Shown one piece after another: positions 39,437-49,708 of a stretch of DNA of 64,000 bases. How positions within the stretch are numbered: the first letter of the stretch is position 1; each line of letters begins with the position of its first letter. The notes under the pieces are model-generated. The model was not told the origin of the DNA. It searched no databases and saw only the letters and a list, made by a program, of their open reading frames with translations. A program made the translations under genes and the position numbers. The stretch is from an uncultured Gammaproteobacteria bacterium (GTDB lineage Bacteria > Patescibacteriota > Patescibacteriia > VMEV01 > CAZAJQ01): assembly GCA_964485795.1 (NCBI GenBank), contig CAZAJQ010000001.1:78014-142013 (forward strand). Reading direction: 5' to 3'.

Positions 39437-41161
39437 TCATACCTGCATCACACGCAATACTTCTTCGTACGTGGTTACACCGGTCAAGACTTTCAGGAGA
39501 CCGTCTTGTCGCATGGAAATGGCCTTTTGCGAAATGAGTTCTTCATCGACCTCCTTTTGCTGAAATCCGCGGGCGATAATGCTCTGCATCTTTTCGGTCA
39601 CAAGAATCACTTCCGCTATGACCGTCCGACCTTTGTACCCCGAACCGTTGCATCGCACGCAACCTTTTCCTTTGAAAAACTTCATCTCCTCAAACGAAAC
39701 ATATTTCAGGTACTCTTTGGGAACCGACGCGACCTCTTCGCGTATGAGACGAATAGTCTCGTCATGAAGGCTGATTTCAGACTTGCAATTGGCGCAGATC
39801 TTTCTCACAAGACGCTGAGCCACCACGCCTTTCAAGGTGCTTGAAAGCAAAAAAGGTTCCACGTGCATATCCATCAATCTCGGAAAAGCGCCGATCGCGT
39901 TGTTCGTATGCAGGGTGGAAAAAACGATATGTCCGGTCAAGGCCGAATGCACGGCCAATTCCGCGGTTTCATTGTCACGTATTTCTCCCACCATGATGAT
40001 GTCCGGATCCTGCCGAAGGATGGCACGCAATCCCGAAGCGAAGTTGAATCCCACTTCAGCGTTCACTTGGGATTGATTGATGCCTTTGATATAGTATTCC
40101 GCCGGATCTTCCAAGGTCACGATATTGACGCCTTCTTCGTTGAGCAGATTGAGTACGGAATACAGCGTGGTTGATTTTCCCGCTCCCGTAGGTCCGCATA
40201 CGAGTATGAGACCGTACGCCTGATGGATGGACTTGTTTATCTTTTCGACGAACACATCACGGAAACCGAGCTGCTCAAGGGTCAAAACCACGCCCGAAGT
40301 GTCCAGAATTCTCATCACGACCTTTTCCTGCCCCAGAAGCGGCAAAGTCGATACGCGAAGATCGGCTTGGGCGCCTTCAAAATCGATTTTTATGCGTCCG
40401 TCTTGGGGTTTTCTCGTTTCGTCAAGCTTGAGATTGGCGAGCACCTTGATGCGAGACACGATCGCCGAATGCACATACATGGGAAGCACGGTTTTGACGC
40501 GCAAAATGCCGTCGATGCGATAGCGCACCTGACTCCCCTCCACCCGAGGCTCGATATGAATGTCCGATGCGCCGGCATCCACCGCGTGCTTGATGATCAC
40601 CGAAACGATTTTTGACACCGGTGCGCTCTTGATCACCTCTTCCATGGACTCTTCTTTTTTTTCCTCCGTTTTGGCTTCAAACTTCTCTTTTGCGCGGCCG
40701 AGGACGGCTTCGACTTCTTTGCCGAGAATCTTGTATTTTTTTATCAATGACAAAAAAGCCGTTTTTGCGATAAGAAAATACTCTACTTTCAAATCATGAT
40801 CCTTGGCGATAAACGCGGCCGCCTCAACGGCTTTGAAATTTTTTGGATCCAAAACTCCGACGGAGAGAGTTCCGTTTTCTTTTTTGAGAGGAATGATCGC
40901 ATAGGTTTTGGCGACTTCTTCTGGAATCAATGCCAATACGTCCTGCTGCACGTCCACGCGCGAAACGTCAAAAAACGGAATGCCGTAAATTTCGGATTTT
41001 ATCTTCACCGCATCGGTTTCCGCGACAAATCCGGAGTCAAAAAGCACATCGTCTTCGTTTTTCATCTCCGAAGCGATCTTTCTGACGAGATCGGTATACT
41101 GCGCTTCGGTAAGAAGCTTTTTTTCCCTGAGGCGGGATAACACGGGATAGGGTGTCGGCAT
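39437..41161 (-). CDS. pilB: T4P assembly ATPase PilB/GspE
   Basis: ASDIHIEP, GPTGAGKST, LRQDPDIIMVGEIRD, STLHTN, tetracysteine motif. Confidence 0.96.
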   Translation of the reverse strand: MPTPYPVLSRLREKKLLTEAQYTDLVRKIASEMKNEDDVLFDSGFVAETDAVKIKSEIYGIPFFDVSRVDVQQDVLALIPEEVAKTYAIIPLKKENGTLSVGVLDPKNFKAVEAAAFIAKDHDLKVEYFLIAKTAFLSLIKKYKILGKEVEAVLGRAKEKFEAKTEEKKEESMEEVIKSAPVSKIVSVIIKHAVDAGASDIHIEPRVEGSQVRYRIDGILRVKTVLPMYVHSAIVSRIKVLANLKLDETRKPQDGRIKIDFEGAQADLRVSTLPLLGQEKVVMRILDTSGVVLTLEQLGFRDVFVEKINKSIHQAYGLILVCGPTGAGKSTTLYSVLNLLNEEGVNIVTLEDPAEYYIKGINQSQVNAEVGFNFASGLRAILRQDPDIIMVGEIRDNETAELAVHSALTGHIVFSTLHTNNAIGAFPRLMDMHVEPFLLSSTLKGVVAQRLVRKICANCKSEISLHDETIRLIREEVASVPKEYLKYVSFEEMKFFKGKGCVRCNGSGYKGRTVIAEVILVTEKMQSIIARGFQQKEVDEELISQKAISMRQDGLLKVLTGVTTYEEVLRVMQV

Positions 41162-41167
41162 AGTTGA

Positions 41168-41458
41168 TTATGGTTCTACGGCAAAAGGATCCTGCTTGCC
41201 TTTTTGACCGATATCAAGGGCTCCAAGCGACGGCACGAGTCGCAAAAAACGATCGTCTGATAAAATATCTTTTTTAAAATCCACTGGAAACGGTTGCGCG
41301 GCGTGCGCGGGAACATTCAACGTTTGCCCCGCTTGGCTGCCAAACAACGCTTCCGTCAAAACATTGCGAAGCAAAAGCAGTACAACGGTGAACAGGACGA
41401 TCACGATAAGAAGAATCGTCAACGATTTGTTTTTTTTGGTTTCTTTGGTAAGCATCAT
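41168..41458 (-). CDS. Small membrane protein of the pilus operon (PilP position)
   Basis: Single TM; C-terminal GKQDPF. Confidence 0.7.
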   Translation of the reverse strand: MMLTKETKKNKSLTILLIVIVLFTVVLLLLRNVLTEALFGSQAGQTLNVPAHAAQPFPVDFKKDILSDDRFLRLVPSLGALDIGQKGKQDPFAVEP

Positions 41459-41482
41459 ACTTTCAGATTTTGGAAGCGTGAT

Positions 41483-42064
41483 TTATTTTTTGTCTTGAAA
41501 ATACACCCTCATCTCCACATCCGCGGTATCGCCTTTTCTTTGCACGGAAAAAGAAGTCACATCCATAAGCCGTTGATGATCTTCCAGCGAAATGATGAAG
41601 CTCTTCAAGGAAGCATAATTGACGGGTGAGACGGTGACCTTCACGTTCATGACTCCAGCATCCCGCAGATCCGAGGCGGCCGCTCCCTTGAGCTTCGCCG
41701 TTGCCGCCTGATCCGTCATGGTGACGCCAAGCACCACGAGCCCGCTTGACTGCGCGAGTTTTTCGATCTGCGCCAAAAGCAACGCTTCATTGCGATTTTT
41801 GGGAATAAACGACTCGATTTTTTCCCGATCCTGATCGGAAAGGCTTTCAAAATTTTCTTTCAAAACTCCAAGTTTCAGAAGCTTCGTCTTCAAAGTTTGA
41901 AGTTCAACCTCCTTCGCTGAAACGTCATTGACATTACCATTATAAAAACTTTTTGCTTTGGGAATAAGCACAAAAAAAGCGTATACGCCGACGATGAGAC
42001 CGACGATGACGATCGATGAAGCCGTAAAATGTTTTTGAAAAAATCCCTGTTCTTGATGTTTCAT
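41483..42064 (-). CDS. pilO: PilO-like protein
   Basis: TM, coiled coil, IP...LLAQIEKLA, YASLKSFI..LE...RLMDV; gene order. Confidence 0.8.
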   Translation of the reverse strand: MKHQEQGFFQKHFTASSIVIVGLIVGVYAFFVLIPKAKSFYNGNVNDVSAKEVELQTLKTKLLKLGVLKENFESLSDQDREKIESFIPKNRNEALLLAQIEKLAQSSGLVVLGVTMTDQAATAKLKGAAASDLRDAGVMNVKVTVSPVNYASLKSFIISLEDHQRLMDVTSFSVQRKGDTADVEMRVYFQDKK

Positions 42065-42094
42065 AAATTCTTCTTTTGAACCTCACAATGACTA

Positions 42095-42805
42095 TCATTG
42101 CCCTTTGGCCGTTTCCTTACGCATGAGAATGTCGGGACGCAACGAAAGCTTGAGGTCTATTTTCACGAGACTCAATTCCTTTCCATCCACATTTTCTTTC
42201 ACTTGGTTTGCCTTGCCTATTCCCAGGCCGGCAATGGCTTTTTCGGATGTTTGAAAAAGCTGAATCTGACGGGCAACGGTTCGATACGTCGGCCCCGCCG
42301 CCACCAGACGCACGTCATTGCCGTCTATGGACATTTCCGTATAAAAAACGTCATGCAACGTATTTTGCTCCAAAAATTGAAAAAGAAACGACCAATTCAG
42401 GTGCGAATCCAAAAGTTTTTCGGCCGTTACAAATTGCTTTTGAAGCCTTTCCGCATCTTGCTTCGTCGCATCAAAAAGCCGAATCTGGTCGTTGATTTTT
42501 TGGATATCATAATTCAGACGGGAAATTTCAGCGGACGCTTTTTTCCCTTGAATATCCAAAAACAAATGCGCCCCCGCCGTAAGAAAAACTGCCAAAGATG
42601 CCCAGATAAACATCATCAATCCCTTTTTTCGATTTTGTTCCGGACTCATGACCAAAAAACGCTCGGGCATGAGATTCACCTGCGGAGTAAATTCGTTCAT
42701 TTCCTTTTTCGCTCGATATCGGACGCCTCCTCCCCGTACGGTCGTTCCGGACGAAACTTCACTTTGAATGGATGAGAGATGGTAAGCGTCTTTTTTCATA
42801 CGCAT
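42095..42805 (-). CDS. pilN: PilN-like protein
   Basis: VNLMP motif, TM, coiled coil; follows pilM. Confidence 0.78.
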   Translation of the reverse strand: MRMKKDAYHLSSIQSEVSSGTTVRGGGVRYRAKKEMNEFTPQVNLMPERFLVMSPEQNRKKGLMMFIWASLAVFLTAGAHLFLDIQGKKASAEISRLNYDIQKINDQIRLFDATKQDAERLQKQFVTAEKLLDSHLNWSFLFQFLEQNTLHDVFYTEMSIDGNDVRLVAAGPTYRTVARQIQLFQTSEKAIAGLGIGKANQVKENVDGKELSLVKIDLKLSLRPDILMRKETAKGQ

Positions 42806-42851
42806 GCTGATGTTTGTTTATGATTCTCCAAAAAAAACTTCAAAATCGTTG

Positions 42852-43964
42852 TCATGAAGAAACGATATTGCGGAGGCTGCATCCGATGGCGACGGAAAAT
42901 GAGGGCCCGAGCTCCTCGAGTACGGGACGCAATTCTTCGGGATAAGAAACTTTTGCGAAAGGGTCTCCGATTAAAACTTGAATATCCAATATCTTCGAAA
43001 GAAACTCCGGCATCCCAGAAAAATAAGCCACTCCGCCGGAGAGGATAATTTTCTGAATTCGCCTCTGCGCGTCATCGTCGGACAAGGTCAAGCTGTGACT
43101 TTCCGTCTGATAAAGGTTCAATATGTATCGAATTTCATTGACGATCGGCAAAAAGGCGTTCTCGAGAAGCTTGGGCATATCCTGCCCGGTCGGAAGCACG
43201 AAATCTTTTTTCACGACCTCGGAGTCAAGGAAATCAACGCCCAGCGTTTCGGCGATTTTTTCGGAAATCTGTCTTCCGGCCACATCAATGCTGCGATTGA
43301 GAACCGGAATACCCCTGTCGACGATCGAAATATTGGTCGTCACCGCGCCGATATCCACGAGCATGAGAATATCCGGATCATTGCCCACGAGAGCATGTAT
43401 CTGAGCGAACACCTCGCTTTCCAATATCATGAGATTGAGATTGGCTTTTTTGAAAATTTTCACATAGCGTTCCACGAGATCTTTCGGAGCCGACGTAAGC
43501 AACACTCGAATGTTTTTTTTCGACTCGGAAATGATAACGCCTTTTTCTTGTGGCCGGATCGACTTTTTTTCACCTTCATCCAACGGTTTGAGCGTTTTCC
43601 AATCCAGCACCATTTCTTCCAAAGGCAAAGGGATGACCTTTTTTGCCTCCCATTGCACCGCGGACGCGATGTCTTTTTGCGGCATGTCCGGCAAGGTGAT
43701 GATGGAACTGAAAACAGAAAAAGCGGGCAAAGCCGCTATGACGTTTTTTGACTGAATACGCGAAACCTTTACGATTTCTTTGATCGTTTTCGCGACTTCA
43801 TCTTCGGATAATTTTTTGTGTCTTTGTTCGCTGCTTTCCTGATCGGAAAATCCGTAGGAAAGAAGCTTGGCGGTTTTACCTTCGGAAGCGAGCTCAACGA
43901 TTTTCACGGAAGCCGTGCCCAGGTCAACGCCCACGATGCTTTGTTTTGGTGTAAAGAAGGCCAT
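42852..43964 (-). CDS. pilM: PilM
   Basis: GVDLGTASVKIVEL, VDIGAVTT, ILSGG, VAIG; start MAFFTP. Confidence 0.93.
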   Translation of the reverse strand: MAFFTPKQSIVGVDLGTASVKIVELASEGKTAKLLSYGFSDQESSEQRHKKLSEDEVAKTIKEIVKVSRIQSKNVIAALPAFSVFSSIITLPDMPQKDIASAVQWEAKKVIPLPLEEMVLDWKTLKPLDEGEKKSIRPQEKGVIISESKKNIRVLLTSAPKDLVERYVKIFKKANLNLMILESEVFAQIHALVGNDPDILMLVDIGAVTTNISIVDRGIPVLNRSIDVAGRQISEKIAETLGVDFLDSEVVKKDFVLPTGQDMPKLLENAFLPIVNEIRYILNLYQTESHSLTLSDDDAQRRIQKIILSGGVAYFSGMPEFLSKILDIQVLIGDPFAKVSYPEELRPVLEELGPSFSVAIGCSLRNIVSS

Positions 43965-44146
43965 ACAAAAACGATGTTCGGAGTATTGCGCCGTATGCAA
44001 AGATTATACCACAGAAAACGATCCGCTCATAAACATATCACTCGGCATATCCGTGATTTTTGCTTCTCGGGACGTCTCATTGATCCGAGTACGATTTTGC
44101 GATATTCTTTCTTTAACCTATCCTTCATAGGCAAATCCCATTTTTT

Positions 44147-44524
44147 ATGCCAGAAAAATTTTCCGACACATTCGATCCGTCACGCGCGAATGAAACGCTT
44201 CATTCCGAGGAATCTTCCGAAAAAAAAGAATCTCCGGAAAAATCTCTCGAAAACTTGAAGCAACTTCTGGATACCCTCGAACCGCAAGCAGCTCGATTGG
44301 ACGACTTCATGAAAAAAGTCTCTTCCACCTTTGAAAAATTCTCCTCGCATATCGACCGTCTGGATGACAAGACGGATCAAGAACTCATCAACACCTATCA
44401 AGAGCTCAAAACCTCGTTTCAATCTTGTAAAAAACTGTTTGATACGTTTGGAGCATGGTGGTTTGACAACGTGTCTCACCCCATGAAAAAATTTTTACAC
44501 GAATCATGGCATGGGAAAAAATGA
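44147..44524 (+). CDS. Hypothetical helical protein
   Basis: 125-aa ORF with plausible protein composition. Confidence 0.6.
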   Translation: MPEKFSDTFDPSRANETLHSEESSEKKESPEKSLENLKQLLDTLEPQAARLDDFMKKVSSTFEKFSSHIDRLDDKTDQELINTYQELKTSFQSCKKLFDTFGAWWFDNVSHPMKKFLHESWHGKK

Positions 44525-44541
44525 AGACGGCCATCAAACGA

Positions 44542-44787
44542 TCATCTCGCCGGATATTCCGGTCGGATTTTTCGAATTTTTTCAAACAGTTTCTCAATCC
44601 TCTCTTGTATCTCGGGGTGCTCTGAAAGGAGCGCTTTTTCCTTTTCATCACCTACCATTTCCTCAAGCAATTTCAAAAAGCCGCTGAAATCTTTCCCAAA
44701 CAGCTTTGCATGACTCATGAGGAGTTCAATTTCATTTTTGAGCATGGGGATCGTCATAAAGAGTGCTGCGCCTTCACGACATAACAC
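44542..44787 (-). CDS. Small hypothetical protein
   Basis: Helical, charged ORF convergent with 44147; start uncertain. Confidence 0.45.
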   Translation of the reverse strand: MLCREGAALFMTIPMLKNEIELLMSHAKLFGKDFSGFLKLLEEMVGDEKEKALLSEHPEIQERIEKLFEKIRKIRPEYPAR

Positions 44788-45007
44788 GATGAACGTTCGA
44801 TATCTTTATAAAACCCCCATGGCTTATCGACTCTGGGCATGTAATTTTGTTACCGTTACTTGGAATGATAGCACGTTCGCAACAAGGAACCAGAAAAATT
44901 ATCAAGAGTATCCCTACATGACGCAAAGAGTTAGGGAAACCCTACGGGTTTTGTTATTATCTCTACACCTCATAAACTCAAAAAAATCGCTCAAACAAGA
45001 GAAAAGT

Positions 45008-45036
45008 TTGACTTTTTATGCTTTTTTTCTTATATT
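45008..45036 (+). promoter_or_regulatory. sigma70-like promoter of the lemA operon
   Basis: TTGACT-17-TATATT. Confidence 0.6.
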
Positions 45037-45073
45037 TTCCTTGATTCCGACTTCTTATCATTAACTTTTCCCT

Positions 45074-45625
45074 ATGTCAGGCATTATTTTTCTTATCATC
45101 ATCATTGCCATCCTCCTCTGGGGCATATCCATTTACAATGGCCTCATCACTTCGAAAAACCGGACCCAAGAAGCATGGGCCGACATTGACGTGCAGCTTA
45201 AGCGAAGGCATGATCTCATCCCCAATCTTATCGAAACCGTCAAGGGATACAGTAAACACGAATCCGAAGTCTTTCGCAAGGTGACGGAAGCGCGAGCGGC
45301 GGCTTTGGCGGCTTCGGGTACGGCCGCGAAGGCTCGGGCGGAAAATGCGCTCAATGAAACCCTCAAATCGCTTTTTGCCATCAGCGAAAATTATCCCGAG
45401 CTCAAAGCGTCGCAAAATTTTCTTGCTCTTCAAGACGAACTCTCGGATACAGAAAACAAAATTCAATCCTCGCGAAGGTTTTACAATGCCAATGTTCGCG
45501 ATTTCAATACTCTTCTTGAAGTGTTTCCGCAAAATCTGATCGCCGGCATGATCAATTTCAAAAAGAAAGAATTTTTTGAAATCGCGGATATCAATGAACG
45601 GGAAACACCTTCCGTAAAATTTTAA
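45074..45625 (+). CDS. lemA: LemA family protein
   Basis: AWADIDVQLKRRHDLIPNL, ENYPELKAS, RRFYN. Confidence 0.96.
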   Translation: MSGIIFLIIIIAILLWGISIYNGLITSKNRTQEAWADIDVQLKRRHDLIPNLIETVKGYSKHESEVFRKVTEARAAALAASGTAAKARAENALNETLKSLFAISENYPELKASQNFLALQDELSDTENKIQSSRRFYNANVRDFNTLLEVFPQNLIAGMINFKKKEFFEIADINERETPSVKF

Positions 45626-45704
45626 ATGCCCCTCTTGGGCCTGTTTTCTTTATCTTTTATTCTTTTGACAATGTTCGCGGTGCGGCATTGTCAATTTTTT
45701 CTCC

Positions 45705-46592
45705 ATGTATAAAAACATAGACGCCAATAAAAGAAAAAGCGCCTTGCTTATGGCTCTCTTTATAGGATTTATCCTGATGGTGGGCTATGTGTTTGGGCAA
45801 ATCACGGACGCCGGAATCGCTCCGGTGTTTATCGCCGGTCTTTTTTCGTTTTTCATGACCGGGACAAGCTATTTTTATGGCGATGCGATCGCTTTGGCGG
45901 CATCCGGAGCGGTTCGCATCGAAAAACAGGATCATCCGTACGTTTATCGTATGGTGGAAAATCTCTGCATCACGGCCGGACTCCCCATGCCAAAAGTGCA
46001 TATCATCCCCGATAAAGCCATGAACGCCTTTGCCACCGGCAGGGATCCGAAACACGCTTCCATCGCACTGACGACAGGCATCATCGAAACGCTGAAAAAC
46101 GAAGAGCTCGAAGGCGTCATAGCGCATGAGCTTTCCCACGTGCAAAATTATGACATTCGCCTCATGACCGTCATCATCGTGCTTATAGGACTGGTCACGT
46201 TGCTCTCGGACTGGATGATGAGAAGTCTTCTCTTTCGGAGAAACGACGACCGAAACAATATTCATCCCGTTCTGGTTATCGTCGGTGTCCTCCTCATGAT
46301 TCTTTCGCCTATCATTGCTCAGCTCATCCAGCTCGCCGTTTCCAGAAAAAGGGAATTTCTCGCGGATGCGTCCGGCGCCTTACTGACGCGATATCCCGAA
46401 GGTCTGGCATCCGCTCTCGAAAAAATCGCCGCGCAAAACCGTCCCCTCATGACCGCCAATTCCGCAACCGCTCATCTCTTCTTTTCCAATCCATTCGCAA
46501 AAAAAACCAAATTTTTCTCAAAACTTTTTCAGACGCATCCGCCCATAGAAGAGCGCATCGCTGCCCTTCGAAACATGAACATTTCTTCATAA
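45705..46592 (+). CDS. htpX: M48 zinc metalloprotease HtpX
   Basis: NAFATG, HELSH, REFLAD, THPPIEERI. Confidence 0.95.
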   Translation: MYKNIDANKRKSALLMALFIGFILMVGYVFGQITDAGIAPVFIAGLFSFFMTGTSYFYGDAIALAASGAVRIEKQDHPYVYRMVENLCITAGLPMPKVHIIPDKAMNAFATGRDPKHASIALTTGIIETLKNEELEGVIAHELSHVQNYDIRLMTVIIVLIGLVTLLSDWMMRSLLFRRNDDRNNIHPVLVIVGVLLMILSPIIAQLIQLAVSRKREFLADASGALLTRYPEGLASALEKIAAQNRPLMTANSATAHLFFSNPFAKKTKFFSKLFQTHPPIEERIAALRNMNISS

Positions 46593-46597
46593 TTCAT

Positions 46598-49081
46598 ATG
46601 TCCACGACTTCAAAATTCACAAAAAATCTTTCACGGGTCATCGAACAAGCCTGCCTTTTTGCGATGAAAAAAAACAAAAAAACCGTTGATCTGGCCGAGG
46701 TGGTGGATGCGCTTCTTTTTCAAAAAAAATCTCTCGCGTCGCAGATATTGCATCAGCATCCGGCTTTGATCAAAAAAACCGTTCTTTCGGCGAATCATGA
46801 AAATCTTCCGGAGCGCATCCCTGACTTTTCGGAAGAGCTCTCTCGAGCGCTTGGAAAAGCGACGATCATCGCCTATGTGTACGAGCACCGTTACTTGGGA
46901 ACCGAGCATCTTCTGGCCGCGCTTCTCGAACTCTTCAAGCCGAGCCTCGGAGCCATGCTCGGACTCGGCGTGTCCGACCTGCACTTTTTGGAACAAAAAA
47001 TCATCGCCGTGCTCAAAAACACGTCGAAATTGCCTGATTTGGAAGAAATCCTCTCGATGGCAAAAGAAAAGCAAACCCTTCGCAAAGAATATTCTCAAAA
47101 AACTTCGACTTCCTATCTCGATACCTGCACTGAAAATATCACGCAAAAAGCTTTTGAAAAAAAACTCGATCCTTGCGTGGCTCGAGACGCGGAAATCAAC
47201 CGCATCATCCAAATCCTCGGAAGAAGGAGAAAAAACAATCCCATCCTTTTGGGCCAGCCCGGGGTGGGGAAAACCGCCATCGTCGAAGGCCTTGCGTCTC
47301 GAATCGTCCGCGGGGACGTTCCCGATTTTCTCAAAAGGGGCAATATCCTGTCACTGGACACCAGCGCACTCGTGGCCGGAAGTTTTCATCGCGGGGAATT
47401 TGAATATCGTCTCAAGTATCTTCTCAATGAAATCCAAAAAAATCCGAACCTCATCCTTTTCATCGACGAGATTCACACCATTCTCGGCATCGGCTCTCAT
47501 GAAGGAAGCGTGGATATGGCCAATATCCTCAAACCATCATTGGCGCGAGGGGAGATACGCTGCATCGGCGCCACGACCTTTGACGATTATCGTAAATATT
47601 TCGAGCGCGACGCCGCATTGACTCGCAGATTTCAGCCCATCCATATTCATGAGCCGAGCACCGAGGAAACCGCGCTGATGCTCAAAAACATGAAAAAAGT
47701 CTATGAACAATTTCACAAGGTGAAAATTTCCGACGATGCCATTCAGAGCACCGTGAAACTCGCGGATTCTCATATTCCCGAAAGATTTTTTCCCGACAAG
47801 GCTCTGGATGTGATCGACGAGGCCGCATCGCAGCTCAAACTTTCGATGCCGCAAAGCGCGCTCGAAAGAAAGCTTTCGGAGCTCACCGCAAAAATGGTTC
47901 AAATGAAGGACAAAAAACGTGAGGCGTTACTGGCGGAAAATTTTCTTTTGACGAAAAAATTCAAAACGCAGGAAAAAAAAATGGAGATGCAACTGCAAAA
48001 AATATCTTCGCAAATCCAAAGCGCCCCGAGTACCATGCCTCTGCTTTCCAGCGATCATATCGGGCAGACGATTTCCATGATGACCCATATTCCTCTCGAT
48101 CATTTTCATGAAAAGACCGAAAACTCGTACCGAGATCTGGAAAAAAAGCTTCTAAAAAAAATCATCGGTCAAGAAAAAGCGATTCAAAACATCGCAAAAG
48201 CCGTGCGCATTCACAAGGCCGGCATTCGCGAGCAAGAGCGTCCTTTGAGTTTACTTTTTATCGGACCCGCCGGCGTGGGAAAAACCGCCGCGGCAAAAGC
48301 GGTTGCCGATATCCTCTATCCGAACGCATCCTCGTTTTTGCGTCTGGATATGTCCGAATACACGGAAGCCTTCCATGTTTCCAAGCTCATCGGCGCGCCG
48401 GCGGGATACATCGGATATCGTGAAAGCGGGCTGCTTTCCAATTTCATCTCGGAAAATCCGCATGCGGTCATCGTCTTTGATCGCATGGAAAAAGCGCATC
48501 CGGATGTGAAAAGCATCGTACTGCAGCTCATCGACGAAGGCGGATTGCGCGACGCAGCCGGGAAAAAGGTGAATGCCAAAAATTCGATATTCATCTTCAC
48601 GGTCGCCACATCCTCAAAGGAGGATTCCGTGATTTCAGGATTTGAAAAAAACGATGATCTTGGACGGACGAAAAAAATCAACACCTCCGCACAATCTTGT
48701 GAAACGGCGAAAAAGATATTTTCTTCGGAGTTTATGGACATGCTGGGTGAAATCATCGAATTTCGACCTTTTGACAAAAAAGATCTTCTGGCTTTCGCAA
48801 AGAACGCATTGGATCAGATTCGGAATCACCTTCTCACGCGCGGGAAAAATATCACCTTTGATGAAAAAGTGTATAATACTCTTATCCAGCACTCGGAGGA
48901 TACGAACATCAGCGTCAAAACGTTAAAAAAACACATCTCGGATCGAATCGAAGAATCGCTTGCCGACCTTTTGTTGACACATCATTGCGAGCATATTCAC
49001 GTCGGAGTGAAAAAAGAAAAAATAACGTTTAAGCTCAAGAAACATGACTCCAGAAGAAGCTCAAAATCAGGCTCTCGATGA
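46598..49081 (+). CDS. clpC: ClpC/ClpA-family AAA+ chaperone with degenerate second ATPase domain
   Basis: Clp N domain; D1 GQPGVGKT and LFIDEIH; PDKALDVIDEA; D2 GPAGVGKT but Walker B reads VFDRMEK. Confidence 0.88.
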   Translation: MSTTSKFTKNLSRVIEQACLFAMKKNKKTVDLAEVVDALLFQKKSLASQILHQHPALIKKTVLSANHENLPERIPDFSEELSRALGKATIIAYVYEHRYLGTEHLLAALLELFKPSLGAMLGLGVSDLHFLEQKIIAVLKNTSKLPDLEEILSMAKEKQTLRKEYSQKTSTSYLDTCTENITQKAFEKKLDPCVARDAEINRIIQILGRRRKNNPILLGQPGVGKTAIVEGLASRIVRGDVPDFLKRGNILSLDTSALVAGSFHRGEFEYRLKYLLNEIQKNPNLILFIDEIHTILGIGSHEGSVDMANILKPSLARGEIRCIGATTFDDYRKYFERDAALTRRFQPIHIHEPSTEETALMLKNMKKVYEQFHKVKISDDAIQSTVKLADSHIPERFFPDKALDVIDEAASQLKLSMPQSALERKLSELTAKMVQMKDKKREALLAENFLLTKKFKTQEKKMEMQLQKISSQIQSAPSTMPLLSSDHIGQTISMMTHIPLDHFHEKTENSYRDLEKKLLKKIIGQEKAIQNIAKAVRIHKAGIREQERPLSLLFIGPAGVGKTAAAKAVADILYPNASSFLRLDMSEYTEAFHVSKLIGAPAGYIGYRESGLLSNFISENPHAVIVFDRMEKAHPDVKSIVLQLIDEGGLRDAAGKKVNAKNSIFIFTVATSSKEDSVISGFEKNDDLGRTKKINTSAQSCETAKKIFSSEFMDMLGEIIEFRPFDKKDLLAFAKNALDQIRNHLLTRGKNITFDEKVYNTLIQHSEDTNISVKTLKKHISDRIEESLADLLLTHHCEHIHVGVKKEKITFKLKKHDSRRSSKSGSR

Positions 49082-49646
49082 TGAAAGCATGGCCGAGCAA
49101 ATCGCCGCCAATCAACGTTATGTGATGCAACAAAAGCAGCTGCAAAGTCAGCAAGCCGCGGCTCTCGCCGCCGAGCAAACTCCGAGCTATGGTGAAAATT
49201 TCCGAAAAAGGAGCAGAAATTTTCTCGGTACTCAAGGTATCGCCATGGTCACGAGCATGGGAATATCGTCCATCGTTTCATTTTTTTACATCATCTTTCA
49301 TTTTCTCTGCGCCGAAGTAGCCCATTCGTCGTATTTTTCAAAACTTGGAGAGGAATGGGTCGTGAAGCTGTATCCTACCGTTCGCGACGAAAAAGACATC
49401 AAGCGTCTCTCTTGGGGATTTCGTTATTTGGATTTTTTATTGCTCGGCATCACGGGAATGCTGATGATGATCATCATCGGGTTTCTCGTTGTCAATATTT
49501 CCCTGATTGTCGGCGTTTTTCAATGCATGCCGGAAATTTACAAGGTCGTCCCCATTCTCGGCTATATCCTTCGCGTCGCTTGCAGCGGTGTTCGCTTCAT
49601 TTATGATGCCGGCGTTTACGGATATGAGCTTATCAAGGGCGAATAA
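49044..49646 (+). CDS. Hypothetical membrane protein
   Basis: Q-rich N-terminus and hydrophobic segments; overlaps the clpC end. Confidence 0.7.
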   Translation: MTPEEAQNQALDDESMAEQIAANQRYVMQQKQLQSQQAAALAAEQTPSYGENFRKRSRNFLGTQGIAMVTSMGISSIVSFFYIIFHFLCAEVAHSSYFSKLGEEWVVKLYPTVRDEKDIKRLSWGFRYLDFLLLGITGMLMMIIIGFLVVNISLIVGVFQCMPEIYKVVPILGYILRVACSGVRFIYDAGVYGYELIKGE

Positions 49647-49708
49647 CACCCATTCATTTCTTTTAAAAACTCAATCATTCTCATACCCTTAGAAAAAAAA
49701 CAAACTCT

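Noticed and set aside
44717-45064. 115-aa plus ORF upstream of lemA
   Set aside because: Spans the lemA promoter and AT-rich spacer; composition not protein-like
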